A DNA stretch of 64,000 nt from a bacterium (GCA_030429765.1 JAUIER010000001.1:202877-266876), one strand, 5' to 3'; positions 10,387-19,651 are shown, counted from the stretch's first letter. Program-made: numbers and translations. Notes: generated by a model not told the origin, from the letters alone.

Positions 10387-10848
10387 ATGTTAGCCTCAAC
10401 ACTGTGCTATTTGAAGCGTGACGGAAAGACCTTGATGTTGCATCGCAACAAGCGCGACGCGGATGTACACAAGGGCAAGTACAACGGCTTGGGCGGCAAA
10501 TTTCACCCGGGAGAGTCCCCGGAGGATTGTGTGATCCGAGAAGTCCGGGAAGAATCCGGACTCACGATGAAGAATCCCAGGCTACGCGGCGTGATGACAT
10601 TTCCTGAATTCAAGGATCAGGAGGATTGGATCGTCTTCCTATTCACGGCCACGGAGTTCGAAGGAAATCTTGAGGAATGCGATGAAGGGGAGCTGGAGTG
10701 GATCGACGACCAGAAACTTTCTGAGCTGCGTCTTTGGGAGGGCGATAAGTATTTTTTGTCTTGGTTGGAGCAGGAAAAATTTTTCTCCGCCAAGTTTTGT
10801 TATAGAGATGGTCAATTAATCGATCACGAGGTTACTTTTTACCATTGA
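10387..10848 (+). CDS. NUDIX 8-oxo-dGTP diphosphatase (MutX/MTH1-like)
   Basis: Nudix box GGKFHPGESPEDCVIREVREESGL; LWEGDKYF. Confidence 0.92.
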   Translation: MLASTLCYLKRDGKTLMLHRNKRDADVHKGKYNGLGGKFHPGESPEDCVIREVREESGLTMKNPRLRGVMTFPEFKDQEDWIVFLFTATEFEGNLEECDEGELEWIDDQKLSELRLWEGDKYFLSWLEQEKFFSAKFCYRDGQLIDHEVTFYH

Positions 10849-10895
10849 AGAAAATTTTCAAAAAGCTTCGCGCTTTTTTCATAAAGGAGAACACG

Positions 10896-11828
10896 ATGAG
10901 TTCAATTACGCCATCAGAAGACCGCATCTTGGCATGTGACATCAAGGATGAAACCGGATTAAATGATTTTCACCAACTACCGGATTTGTTCGGAATCGAT
11001 ATCGATAAAGTCGGGATCAACCGTTTCCGTATTCCGATGAACTATAAAAGTGAAGACGGCAGTTTGATCAATCACGACACGGAAGCGAGCATGTACATTC
11101 ACTTTCCCAAGGGTAAGGCCGGAATCAATATGAGCCGGCTGTATCAGTTTCTGCAGGAAGAAGCGGCCAAAATGCATGTGAGTACCAAATTTTTTGAAAG
11201 TATCCTGAACCGTTACCGATCGGACATGCGCGACGAAGATACGGACCCGCTATTCAAGAAATCCTACCTAAAATTGCGTTTTAAATACGCGCTCAAGCAA
11301 AAATCACTGAAGAGCGATCGATGGGGCTGGCAGTACTACAACTGTATTCTGGAAGGTCAGAATGACGAAGGTGAATTAAAGCTGTTTTTAACGGTTTGTT
11401 ATGAATATTCGTCAACTTGTCCATGCAGTTTGTCGATGTCCAAGCAATATGAATATGAGCATTCATCGAATAAAACTGAAGAGGGTAACGGTATGGCCGT
11501 TCCGCATAGCCAGCGCTCGGAAGCCCGGGTGACCGTTCAGCTCAAGGATATTGAACAATTCTTTATCGCTGACCTCGTCCAATTGCTTCGCAAGGCCATT
11601 CCAACCGAGACGCAAAGCTTTGTGAAGCGAGTTGATGAACAGGCGTTTGCGTTGCTCAATGCGCAAAATCCGATGTTTGTCGAGCACGCGACGCGTCGTT
11701 TGAGCGAAGCGCTTAATTCGGAAGACAAGATTATCGACTGGGTCGCCAGCGTGGAGCACTGGGAATCACTGCACAGCCATAACGCGGTCGCCGTTATCCG
11801 AAAAAATCACACCGGTGGTCTCAAGTAA
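10896..11828 (+). CDS. folE2: GTP cyclohydrolase IB (FolE2)
   Basis: GINMSR, SSTCPCS, PHSQRS, VKRVDEQ, NPMFVE, ESLHSHNA; AAGGAG RBS before ATG 10896. Confidence 0.93.
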   Translation: MSSITPSEDRILACDIKDETGLNDFHQLPDLFGIDIDKVGINRFRIPMNYKSEDGSLINHDTEASMYIHFPKGKAGINMSRLYQFLQEEAAKMHVSTKFFESILNRYRSDMRDEDTDPLFKKSYLKLRFKYALKQKSLKSDRWGWQYYNCILEGQNDEGELKLFLTVCYEYSSTCPCSLSMSKQYEYEHSSNKTEEGNGMAVPHSQRSEARVTVQLKDIEQFFIADLVQLLRKAIPTETQSFVKRVDEQAFALLNAQNPMFVEHATRRLSEALNSEDKIIDWVASVEHWESLHSHNAVAVIRKNHTGGLK

Positions 11829-11830
11829 GA

Positions 11831-12361
11831 ATGTCGGATCCCGCGAAATCTTCTCCATCGGTTCATCAGCACAAATCGCAAGCAGATAAGCGAGGCGTGA
11901 TCCGTTGCGCTGTCGTCACGGTTAGCGATTCGCGGACGCCGGAAACCGACATCAGCGGTCAGTACCTATGTGAGAAGATTACGGCAGAAAGTCATCAGGT
12001 GATCGGGTATCATATTGTCAAGGACGAGCCCAAGGATATCAGTGAAATTTTGGCCCGCTTGACGGAATCGGTGATGGATGCAGTGATCTTTAACGGCGGC
12101 ACCGGTATTTCGGGGCGTGACCGGACTTATGATGTGATTGAATCCCGGCTGGACAAGCGATTGCCGGGATTCGGCGAGCTTTTCCGTATGCTTAGTTACC
12201 AGGATATCGGCACGGCCGCGATGCTGTCACGGGCGTGCGCCGGCGTTTATCAAAACACGGTTATCATCTCGATTCCCGGATCACCCAATGCTGTAAAGCT
12301 GGCCTGGACAAAGCTTATCGCTCCGGAACTTAAACATATGGTTTGGGAAATTTTACGTTAG
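11831..12361 (+). CDS. moaB: Molybdenum cofactor biosynthesis protein MoaB/MogA family
   Basis: TVSDSR..DISG, GGTGISGRDRT, PGFGELFR, AMLSRA, PGSPNAV. Confidence 0.9.
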   Translation: MSDPAKSSPSVHQHKSQADKRGVIRCAVVTVSDSRTPETDISGQYLCEKITAESHQVIGYHIVKDEPKDISEILARLTESVMDAVIFNGGTGISGRDRTYDVIESRLDKRLPGFGELFRMLSYQDIGTAAMLSRACAGVYQNTVIISIPGSPNAVKLAWTKLIAPELKHMVWEILR

Positions 12362-12376
12362 AAAGGATCAACGGTC

Positions 12377-12925
12377 ATGATATTATCCGGTTTGGAAATC
12401 AAAAAACGTTTGGGTAAAGATATTTTCATCGATCCTTTTGACGACGCTCAGCTCAACACCAACAGCTACAATCTTAAACTTCACAACAAGGTTCTGATTT
12501 ACGAAGATGATGTGCTCGATATGAAAAAAGAGAACCGCGCAGTGGAGCATACGGTTCCTGAAGATGGATTACTGCTTCAAACCGGCCAGCTGTATTTAGG
12601 CCGTACGGTTGAGCACACACGCACCGAGAATTTTGTACCGATGCTGGAAGGGCGATCATCCATCGGCCGACTGGGATTGTTTGTGCACGTAACGGCCGGT
12701 TTCGGCGACGTTGGTTTTTCCGGTTACTGGACACTGGAAATGTTCTGCGTCAAACCGATCCGGATTTATCCAGGTATCGAGATCTGCCAAATATTCTTCC
12801 ACAGTATCGAGGGTGATTTCGAACGCTACGTCAGTAACAAATATCAAAACAATACCGGTGTGCAGCCCAGCCTGCTGTACAAAGATTTCCAGAAAGTTTC
12901 AGAGACGGCATCACCACCTAAATAA
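12377..12925 (+). CDS. dcd: dCTP deaminase
   Basis: EGRSSIGRLG, TAGFGDVGFSGYWTLE, ICQIFF, KYQ. Confidence 0.92.
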   Translation: MILSGLEIKKRLGKDIFIDPFDDAQLNTNSYNLKLHNKVLIYEDDVLDMKKENRAVEHTVPEDGLLLQTGQLYLGRTVEHTRTENFVPMLEGRSSIGRLGLFVHVTAGFGDVGFSGYWTLEMFCVKPIRIYPGIEICQIFFHSIEGDFERYVSNKYQNNTGVQPSLLYKDFQKVSETASPPK

Positions 12926-13327
12926 ATGGATCTAGATCGTTTATACAAAAATTTTGAGGTCCTCGACAATTGGCAGGATCGTTATCGCTACATTATTGAG
13001 CTCGGTAAGAAAATTCCGCAACTGGACGAAGCGGATAAGACCGAAGAAAATCGAGTGTACGGCTGTGTCAGTACCGTGCATCTGAAGATCAATCCCAGCC
13101 AAGATGATCCTGTGAAGATTCACTTTATCGCCAACAGCGATGCGATGATTGTCAATGGCCTGATCGCGATCATGCGTATCATTTACGACGGAAAGACAAT
13201 CGACGAGATCAAGGCGGTGGATATTGAAGCTATATTCAAGAAGTTGGGCCTGGAGGGGCATCTGAGTCCCAACCGTCGCAACGGATTCTTCTCGATGGCC
13301 GAGAAGCTGCGGACATTGAAATTATAA
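12926..13327 (+). CDS. sufE: Fe-S cluster sulfur-transfer protein SufE
   Basis: W.DRYRYIIELGK, VYGCVS, SDAMIVNGL, LSPNRRNG. Confidence 0.92.
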   Translation: MDLDRLYKNFEVLDNWQDRYRYIIELGKKIPQLDEADKTEENRVYGCVSTVHLKINPSQDDPVKIHFIANSDAMIVNGLIAIMRIIYDGKTIDEIKAVDIEAIFKKLGLEGHLSPNRRNGFFSMAEKLRTLKL

Positions 13328-13403
13328 CGCGCTTGTATCACGGTGTTAGTTTGATAAAATTATAGAGTAATCATTAACAATACGTCTGAATCAGGAGGAC
13401 GCC

Positions 13404-13823
13404 ATGAATAAAATCATTTTAACCACACTTGTTGTTGGGCTGATGACGTACGGATGTGAAACGCTGGATACGGATACCAAACGCGGCGCGGCCGGAGGGG
13501 CATTAGCAGGGGCTACCATTGGCGGGATCGTCGGACATCAGGATCGTCATGGCGGCGAAGGCGCGGCGATCGGAGCAGCGGCTGGAGCATTAGCCGGTGG
13601 GTTGATGGGAAATGCGCTCGACAAAAAGGGCGCGTCGGCGGCCGGGTATCTCTCGATTGTTGACATTGCCGACATGGCCCAAAAGGGCGTGCCGGGGAAT
13701 ATTATCGTCGACGAGATTCGCCGGACAAAGTCGACGTATGATCTGAATCTTGAACAAATCGATTTCCTCAAATCCCGAGGGGTGGACGGATTTGTCATCG
13801 ACTATATGCTGGAGACCATGTAA
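13404..13823 (+). CDS. Glycine-zipper lipoprotein
   Basis: Lipobox TYGC; GAAGGALAGATIGG and GAAIGAAAGALAGG. Confidence 0.85.
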   Translation: MNKIILTTLVVGLMTYGCETLDTDTKRGAAGGALAGATIGGIVGHQDRHGGEGAAIGAAAGALAGGLMGNALDKKGASAAGYLSIVDIADMAQKGVPGNIIVDEIRRTKSTYDLNLEQIDFLKSRGVDGFVIDYMLETM

Positions 13824-14092
13824 TGGGTATTGATAAAGATCTCTTGGATATCCTGGCCTGTCCGGAAACCAAAAAAAATCTGGAACCGGCCGACGACGCC
13901 CAATTGGCTAAGATCAATGCGGCCATCAGTGCCGGACAACTGATCAACAAGTCGGGTCAGAAAGTTTCAGAGCCGCTACAGTCGGCTTTGTTTCGGGCGG
14001 GAGATTTAACGGCCGTATATCCGGTTCGTGAGAATATTCCGATTCTGCTGGTCGATGAACTGATCGTACTTGATCAATTGCTCACTCAATAG
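13823..14092 (+). CDS. Trm112/YcaR-like protein
   Basis: LLDILACP ... YPVRENIPILL. Confidence 0.85.
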   Translation: MGIDKDLLDILACPETKKNLEPADDAQLAKINAAISAGQLINKSGQKVSEPLQSALFRAGDLTAVYPVRENIPILLVDELIVLDQLLTQ

Positions 14093-14104
14093 CCGGAGGC
14101 GGTT

Positions 14105-14443
14105 ATGCCTTTTTACGATTATTATTGTGCGGCCAATCAACAGACGGTTGAGGTGCAGCACTCAACGACAGTGACGCTTAAAACGTGGAAAGACGTCTGT
14201 GAAAACGCGGATCTTCCTTTAGGCGATACGTCGCCGGACAGTCCCGTGGAACGGCTGATTTCGGCCCCGCAGGTCAAGACGACTATGGGCGACTCGCGGC
14301 TCAAGGAATTGGGTTTTACCAAATTGGTCAAGCGGGACCAGGGCGTGTATGAGAATGTCACGGCCACCGGTCACGAAAAAAAATATGTACGGGCGGACGA
14401 TCCGACCAGTATGCCGGATTTTAAAAAGAAGATCGGCGACTAG
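14105..14443 (+). CDS. FmdB-like zinc-ribbon domain protein
   Basis: MPFYDYYC ... VERLISAP. Confidence 0.8.
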   Translation: MPFYDYYCAANQQTVEVQHSTTVTLKTWKDVCENADLPLGDTSPDSPVERLISAPQVKTTMGDSRLKELGFTKLVKRDQGVYENVTATGHEKKYVRADDPTSMPDFKKKIGD

Positions 14444-14487
14444 GTTGGTTCCGGTTTGTTGGCGACGCGCCGAATTTGAATAAATGT

Positions 14488-15336
14488 ATGGACGCTTTCC
14501 TTTCATGGTGGCAACACCTTCCCGAAACAATTAATCCTGTCTTATTTGAGATTGGTTCGATCCAGATCCGCTACTACGGATTGATGTATTTAACATCGTT
14601 TCTCGTGGTGTACTTAATGCTGGGCTATCGTATCAAGCGTGAAAAGTTTTCCTACACGTCGGACCAGTGTGAAGATTATATCGTGTGGGCGATCATCGGG
14701 GCTTTGGTCGGCGGGAGGATCGGATATGTCCTGTTCTATGATTTCGCGTACTTTATTGAACATCCGATTCAGGTATTTTGGCCTTTCCGGAAGGTCGACG
14801 GCGAACAAATCGTCGGTATCAGCGGTTTGTCGTATCACGGCGGGCTGATTGGCGTCTTTGTTGCCACACAGTGGTTTTGTTTTAAGGAAAAAATACAGTT
14901 CTGGAAGTTTGTCGATTTCTTTATTCCGGTGGTTCCGTTAGGTTATACGTTCGGGCGCATCGGGAATTTTTTAAACGGAGAGTTGTACGGCCGTGTCACA
15001 CAAGTTCCGTGGGGGATGTATTTTCCCGGGGCGGGCAGTTATGAATTGCGGCATCCGTCCCAGCTGTATGAGGCGTTGCTAGAGGGCATTGTGTTGTTTA
15101 CCGTGCTGTGGAGTTTGCGGCATCGCGAGTTATTTGATGGCTGGTTATTCTGGGTTTACGTGATGGGATATGGTGTGGTGCGGTTCTTGATCGAGTACGT
15201 GCGAGAACCGGACCGGCATCTGGGCTTGATCGCGTTCAATCTCTCGATGGGACAGATTTTGTGCCTGGTCATGATTATCATACCGGCCGTGGTGCTTCTG
15301 GTGAAATCAAAAACCGCAAAAGGTGAGCGAGGATAG
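14488..15336 (+). CDS. lgt: Prolipoprotein diacylglyceryl transferase
   Basis: RYYGLMY, GGRIGY, SYHGG, GRIGNFLNGELYGR, HPSQLYE, RFLIEYVREPD, SMGQ. Confidence 0.96.
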   Translation: MDAFLSWWQHLPETINPVLFEIGSIQIRYYGLMYLTSFLVVYLMLGYRIKREKFSYTSDQCEDYIVWAIIGALVGGRIGYVLFYDFAYFIEHPIQVFWPFRKVDGEQIVGISGLSYHGGLIGVFVATQWFCFKEKIQFWKFVDFFIPVVPLGYTFGRIGNFLNGELYGRVTQVPWGMYFPGAGSYELRHPSQLYEALLEGIVLFTVLWSLRHRELFDGWLFWVYVMGYGVVRFLIEYVREPDRHLGLIAFNLSMGQILCLVMIIIPAVVLLVKSKTAKGERG

Positions 15337-15337
15337 T

Positions 15338-15514
15338 ATGAAGATTGTCATTGAACATGAAGGTCACAAAGTGACATTACAGGATGAAACAATCGTGGAT
15401 ATATGCGATGCCATTGATTTAGCGGAACAGGCATTGATCGGAGTTGGATACGATCCTGAACGTTTGCAGGGGGCATTCCTGGTAAAGGCCCGGCAAATCG
15501 AGGGGACACTTTAA
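15338..15514 (+). CDS. Small hypothetical protein
   Basis: ORF directly after lgt with GAGGA RBS; alternative GTG start at 15323. Confidence 0.6.
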   Translation: MKIVIEHEGHKVTLQDETIVDICDAIDLAEQALIGVGYDPERLQGAFLVKARQIEGTL

Positions 15515-15543
15515 AATATTTTTCTTTGATAAAACATTTCGGC

Positions 15544-15571
15544 TTGACAAAACGATTTTTGTGTGTATAAT
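15544..15571 (+). promoter_or_regulatory. Consensus sigma70 promoter
   Basis: TTGACA-16 nt-TATAAT. Confidence 0.7.
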
Positions 15572-15628
15572 TTGAGTATAGTTGGTTGGCAAGGTTGTCA
15601 ACTCCAACGAAGTTTTCAGGACATTGAT

Positions 15629-15664
15629 GCCCGAACATTTCAGATTGAAATGTCGGGTTTTTTT
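15629..15664 (+). terminator. Intrinsic terminator 1 in leader
   Basis: CCCGAACATTTCA-gat-TGAAATGTCGGG followed by T7. Confidence 0.75.
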
Positions 15665-15730
15665 ATTAGGATGTATCCAAAAAATCATAAGTTCCTGAAA
15701 TTATGAGACATGCGACAAGTGAGCAACGAT

Positions 15731-15768
15731 GCTCCAGTCCTGCCCAACGGCAGAGCTGGGGCTTTTTT
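15731..15768 (+). terminator. Intrinsic terminator 2 in leader
   Basis: GCTCCAGTCCTGCC-caac-GGCAGAGCTGGGGC followed by T6. Confidence 0.75.
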
Positions 15769-15795
15769 ATTAACAACCAACGACCAGGAGTCCAT

Positions 15796-15930
15796 ATGAA
15801 CGAATCGATCCGAAAGACAGAAATGAGATTTCCCGAAGACATAGGCGTTCGTCAGATCATTCACGATCCGCGATTCGACTATATGCTGTTTCACTATTAC
15901 GAATGCAACTTTTATATGGTACTAAATTAA
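15796..15930 (+). CDS. 44-aa hypothetical protein
   Basis: AGGAG RBS at 15786; TAA overlaps the ATG of the next gene (TAATG). Confidence 0.55.
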   Translation: MNESIRKTEMRFPEDIGVRQIIHDPRFDYMLFHYYECNFYMVLN

Positions 15931-16592
15931 TGGAACGAACTGATTTTAATAACACAATCAAGCATCTGGACTCAAAATGGCCACACACCGGCGCGATATT
16001 TTTTGATGATTGCGGTTGCGGTGACGCGAAAGACCGAACGGCTAAGTATCTGCCCAACGGTATGTCGGTTGTCGAGTACTTGTACAGAACACTCAAATAT
16101 GTCTGCAAGGACGTCGTAGTGGTCGGAAACGCAGCCAGTATTCCAGATGAGCTATCCCATCTTAAACAGATTTCGATTAATTTTGACAGGGTCGGGCCGA
16201 TTGGTGGACTAGAAGCCTTATTAAGTTCCGGTCTGGATTCTGAATACCTCATCACGCCAAGTGAGGTGGGTCTCGTTGATTCCAAACTGTATCAACTGCT
16301 GACTCAACCGCATATCCAATCGCCGGCTATTTTAGCCAGCCCTCAAGTATCCCCCGGCGAAAACAAGCCATTTCCGCAGTCTATCGAGATAATCGACTAT
16401 CCGCAAATCGGGAGGTATTCAACGGACTCACTAATGAGTCTTCGCGAACAAATAATTGGTCAAAACTTTTGTATGCACCGATTGGCCCAGAGGTTGGACG
16501 CTGTCAAATTGATTATCCCTGAAGACCTGACATACGCATTGGCCAGTTCCGATTCCCCGCATGAACACGATGTGCTGTGCAATCTCAACTAG
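15930..16592 (+). CDS. MobA-like NTP-transferase fold protein, degenerate
   Basis: TGAI start, VCKDVVVVG, GPIGGLEALL, late P..G.Y segment resemble MobA; the LAGGxSxRMG motif is absent. Confidence 0.6.
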   Translation: MERTDFNNTIKHLDSKWPHTGAIFFDDCGCGDAKDRTAKYLPNGMSVVEYLYRTLKYVCKDVVVVGNAASIPDELSHLKQISINFDRVGPIGGLEALLSSGLDSEYLITPSEVGLVDSKLYQLLTQPHIQSPAILASPQVSPGENKPFPQSIEIIDYPQIGRYSTDSLMSLREQIIGQNFCMHRLAQRLDAVKLIIPEDLTYALASSDSPHEHDVLCNLN

Positions 16593-16620
16593 ACTGACCC
16601 AGTATTAGTTATTTCCCTTT

Positions 16621-16649
16621 TTGACAAATTCCGTGATCGGAGATAGACT
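16621..16649 (+). promoter_or_regulatory. Sigma70-type promoter
   Basis: TTGACA-17 nt-TAGACT upstream of the receiver gene. Confidence 0.55.
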
Positions 16650-16682
16650 ATTTTCATTAGCAATGTCATATGGAAAAAGTAT

Positions 16683-17075
16683 ATGTCTGACTATCGAATT
16701 CTAGTGGTTGACGATGACGAAGATCATCGCTTTATCATCGGTGAGTGTCTGAAGGCCAAGGGTTTTACCAATCTATCCTTCGCGATTAGCGGCGAAGATG
16801 GTGTGGAGAAGGTTCGGGCCAATCCGCCCGACATTGTGCTGACAGATACCGATTTGGGCCGTATGGACGGTTTTGCTGTCTGTGAAACGGTCAAAAAAGA
16901 GTTTCCGCATATCAAAGTCGTGGTGATGACCGGGCATGCCGGCCATGTGAATTTTCCGGCCGCCCAGCGCGTGGGGGCCGATGAATACAAGGTCAAAACC
17001 GGTGACTGCGGCGAGATCATCTGGGGGTTACGCCGATGTGTGGCTGATCTCGATCAAAATCCTCCGAAGCAGTGA
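16683..17075 (+). CDS. Single-domain response regulator (CheY-like receiver)
   Basis: ILVVDDD, PDIVLTD, MDG, MTG, GADEYKVK. Confidence 0.9.
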   Translation: MSDYRILVVDDDEDHRFIIGECLKAKGFTNLSFAISGEDGVEKVRANPPDIVLTDTDLGRMDGFAVCETVKKEFPHIKVVVMTGHAGHVNFPAAQRVGADEYKVKTGDCGEIIWGLRRCVADLDQNPPKQ

Positions 17076-17123
17076 ATTTCCTCCGACATTCTCAAAATTT
17101 CCCCAAAATCGCCGAGTTCTGTT

Positions 17124-17152
17124 TTGACAAACCCGGGAATCAATATTAAACT
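17124..17152 (+). promoter_or_regulatory. Sigma70-type promoter
   Basis: TTGACA-17 nt-TAAACT. Confidence 0.55.
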
Positions 17153-17212
17153 GCAAAGAGGTACTTACACTGCTCCCAAACCCCCTTTACTTTATACAAA
17201 CGAAAGGCCAGT

Positions 17213-17833
17213 ATGAAACCCAGTGACATCGAATGTGTCGTATTTGATGTGGAGACAACAGGACTGTTTCCCAAAGATGGAGATCGGATTATTGAAATTG
17301 CCGCGGTTAAGGTGAAACGCGGTGAGATTGTCGATGAATTTGAATCATTTATCAATCCGGAACGGGAAATTCCTATTGAAGCCTCGCGTGTCAATAATAT
17401 CACCGATGATATGGTGGCCGACGCGCCGACGGCAGAGGATGTGTTGCCGAAGATGATCGATTTTGTCGGGGGGGCAAGTCTCGTCGGGCATAACGTAAAA
17501 TTTGACCTGGAATTTCTGTGTTTTCAATTATCCCAATGCGGGCGAAAATTACGCAGTGTGACGCCGGCCATCGACACTCTGAAGCTTTCACGCGGATTGA
17601 TCCCGCAGCTGAACCGTCATCGTCTAGAGAATGTCGCGCAGTATTTCGGCGTACAGATCGGAGATACACACCGCGCGTTAGCTGACGTTAAGCTCACAGT
17701 GGCTGTCCTAAATCGCCTTTTTGATCTCGCCGATCAGCAGGGATTTCAAACGGCCGACAAAATCTTCAAGCATTTTGGCGTTGAGAAGCCGAATTACAAG
17801 ATTCAAGACGTCAGTCAAGGATCGCTTTTCTAG
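17213..17833 (+). CDS. DEDDh 3'-5' exonuclease (DnaQ/PolC-exo-like)
   Basis: FDVETTG, GHNVKFD, DTL, HRALADV; C-terminal QGSLF resembles a beta-clamp binding motif. Confidence 0.92.
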   Translation: MKPSDIECVVFDVETTGLFPKDGDRIIEIAAVKVKRGEIVDEFESFINPEREIPIEASRVNNITDDMVADAPTAEDVLPKMIDFVGGASLVGHNVKFDLEFLCFQLSQCGRKLRSVTPAIDTLKLSRGLIPQLNRHRLENVAQYFGVQIGDTHRALADVKLTVAVLNRLFDLADQQGFQTADKIFKHFGVEKPNYKIQDVSQGSLF

Positions 17834-18288
17834 TGAATCAATCCCCACATGACCAATTCATGCAAGCCGCGATTGAGGAGGCCCTCAAGGGTCGCGACAC
17901 TGCGGCGCCCAATCCCATTGTCGGTGCCGTGATCGTGGAAGACGGACAGATCGTCGCGAGGGGCTATCATGTCCGCCCGGGTGAGGCCCATGCCGAGGTC
18001 AATGCGCTCAAAGAACTGGATCGGGAGCCCAAGGCGGATGCGGTTTTATATGTTACACTTGAGCCATGCAGCACCTTAGGCCGCACGGGCAAATGCACAG
18101 CCGCGATCATTAAGGCGGGGATCCGTCACGTTTGTGTCGGGGCGATCGATCCCAATCCGGATCACAACGGCCGCGGGATCAAGGTGTTGACTGAGGCCGG
18201 TATCAAGGTTGAAACCGGAATTCTCGAACAGGAATGTGTTGCGCTAAACCCTGAGTTTAACGCGCGTATGCGGGATGAAGCTTCATGA
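17833..18288 (+). CDS. ribD: Riboflavin biosynthesis RibD, deaminase domain only
   Basis: PNPIVGAVIV, HAEV, YVTLEPCS..GRT..C, DPNP; ORF ends before any reductase domain. Confidence 0.85.
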   Translation: MNQSPHDQFMQAAIEEALKGRDTAAPNPIVGAVIVEDGQIVARGYHVRPGEAHAEVNALKELDREPKADAVLYVTLEPCSTLGRTGKCTAAIIKAGIRHVCVGAIDPNPDHNGRGIKVLTEAGIKVETGILEQECVALNPEFNARMRDEAS

Positions 18289-19277
18289 AAGATGCAGATA
18301 AATTTTCACTCAATCAACGGCCGCGCCGCAATCGTAAATCCGCGGGAGTCCGCGCCTTGGTTCGCGAGACGTGGCTGTCGCCGCAGTCGCTGGTCGCGCC
18401 CTTGTTTATTATGGACGGAGATAATCGGCAGGAATCCATTGCGTCCATGCCGGGCATTTCCCGACGGACGATTGATCTGACGGTTCGCGAGGTTCAGGAA
18501 TTAGCCGATCTGGGAATTGGCGCGGTGGCCTTGTTCCCCAAGATAGATGATGGCAAAAAAGATTCGACCGCATCGCTCAGTCGAGATCCGGACGATATTG
18601 TGCCGCGATGTGTTCAGGCCATTAAAAAAGCCGTTCCGCAGACTGTTGTCATCACGGACGTCGCGATGGATCCGTACTCCAGTGATGGACATGACGGGCT
18701 GGTGCGCGACGGGCAGATCATTAACGATGAGACCTTGCCGATTCTGGCCGACATGGCGCTCAATCAGGCCCGGGCCGGATCCGATATGGTGGCCCCGTCG
18801 GATATGATGGATGGACGGGTGGGGTACATTCGACAGGCGCTGGACCAGGCCGGATTTACCGACGTTGGTATCCTTTCATATGCCGCGAAATATTGCTCAT
18901 CGTTTTATGGTCCCTTTCGAGACGCGCTGGATTCTTCCCCCAAGGCCGGTGATAAAAAGACCTATCAAATGGATTATGCCAATCAGCAGGAGGCTTTACG
19001 GGAGGTTCAGCTGGACGTTGCGGAAGGCGCCGATATGGTCATGATCAAGCCGGCCTTAAGCTATCTGGATGTCATTCGGTCGGTCAAAGAGGCTGTCAGC
19101 ATTCCGGTGGCCGCCTATCACGTCAGTGGCGAATACGCGATGGTTAAGGCCGCGGCGGAACGAGGCTGGATTGACGAACAGCAGGCCGTGATTGAAATTC
19201 TTACCTCTATCAAACGGGCGGGAGCGGATGTGATCTTCACCTATTTCGCCCGTGACTATGCCTCATACAAAATTTGA
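18285..19277 (+). CDS. hemB: Porphobilinogen synthase (ALA dehydratase), type lacking the catalytic Zn
   Basis: RPRRNR, DVAMDPYSSDGHDG (Asp-rich, no Cys triad), SDMMDGRV, FYGPFRDA, MIKP, YHVSGEY. Confidence 0.96.
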   Translation: MKDADKFSLNQRPRRNRKSAGVRALVRETWLSPQSLVAPLFIMDGDNRQESIASMPGISRRTIDLTVREVQELADLGIGAVALFPKIDDGKKDSTASLSRDPDDIVPRCVQAIKKAVPQTVVITDVAMDPYSSDGHDGLVRDGQIINDETLPILADMALNQARAGSDMVAPSDMMDGRVGYIRQALDQAGFTDVGILSYAAKYCSSFYGPFRDALDSSPKAGDKKTYQMDYANQQEALREVQLDVAEGADMVMIKPALSYLDVIRSVKEAVSIPVAAYHVSGEYAMVKAAAERGWIDEQQAVIEILTSIKRAGADVIFTYFARDYASYKI

Positions 19278-19381
19278 CAAATCATCAAATTGATGATAGT
19301 CTTGGCTTAATCAATCCCCCCGAAAGCTTCCAGCCATTCTTTCCCGTTTACCTTCAATAATCAAATAAGGAGGTGAATAGC

Positions 19382-19630
19382 ATGCAAAAGAGATTTTTCT
19401 GCAGCCTATTGAGTGTGATTGTGACATGTATGATGATGGCTCAAGTCGTTTGCGCGGAGGACGTGTATGTGACCAAATACGGCAAGAAGTATCACAAAAA
19501 AGACTCACGCTTTATCAAGGGCCGGGAAGTTGAGAAGCTGACCATCGAGGAAGCCCAGGCGCGGGGATATATCCCCAGCAGTGATTTTCTCGAGGACGAG
19601 AGCGAAAACGAAGATAAGCAGGAAAAATAG
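19382..19630 (+). CDS. Small secreted protein with VYVT..GKKYH domain
   Basis: AAGGAGGTGA RBS; signal peptide ending VCA; VYVTKYGKKYH...A..RGY.P. Confidence 0.75.
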   Translation: MQKRFFCSLLSVIVTCMMMAQVVCAEDVYVTKYGKKYHKKDSRFIKGREVEKLTIEEAQARGYIPSSDFLEDESENEDKQEK

Positions 19631-19651
19631 ATGCCGTTAAGGTGTCGAAAA

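Noticed and set aside
15572-15790. Moco/Tuco riboswitch upstream of the MobA-like gene
   Set aside because: I could not find the consensus multi-stem elements; kept only as an unknown structured leader.
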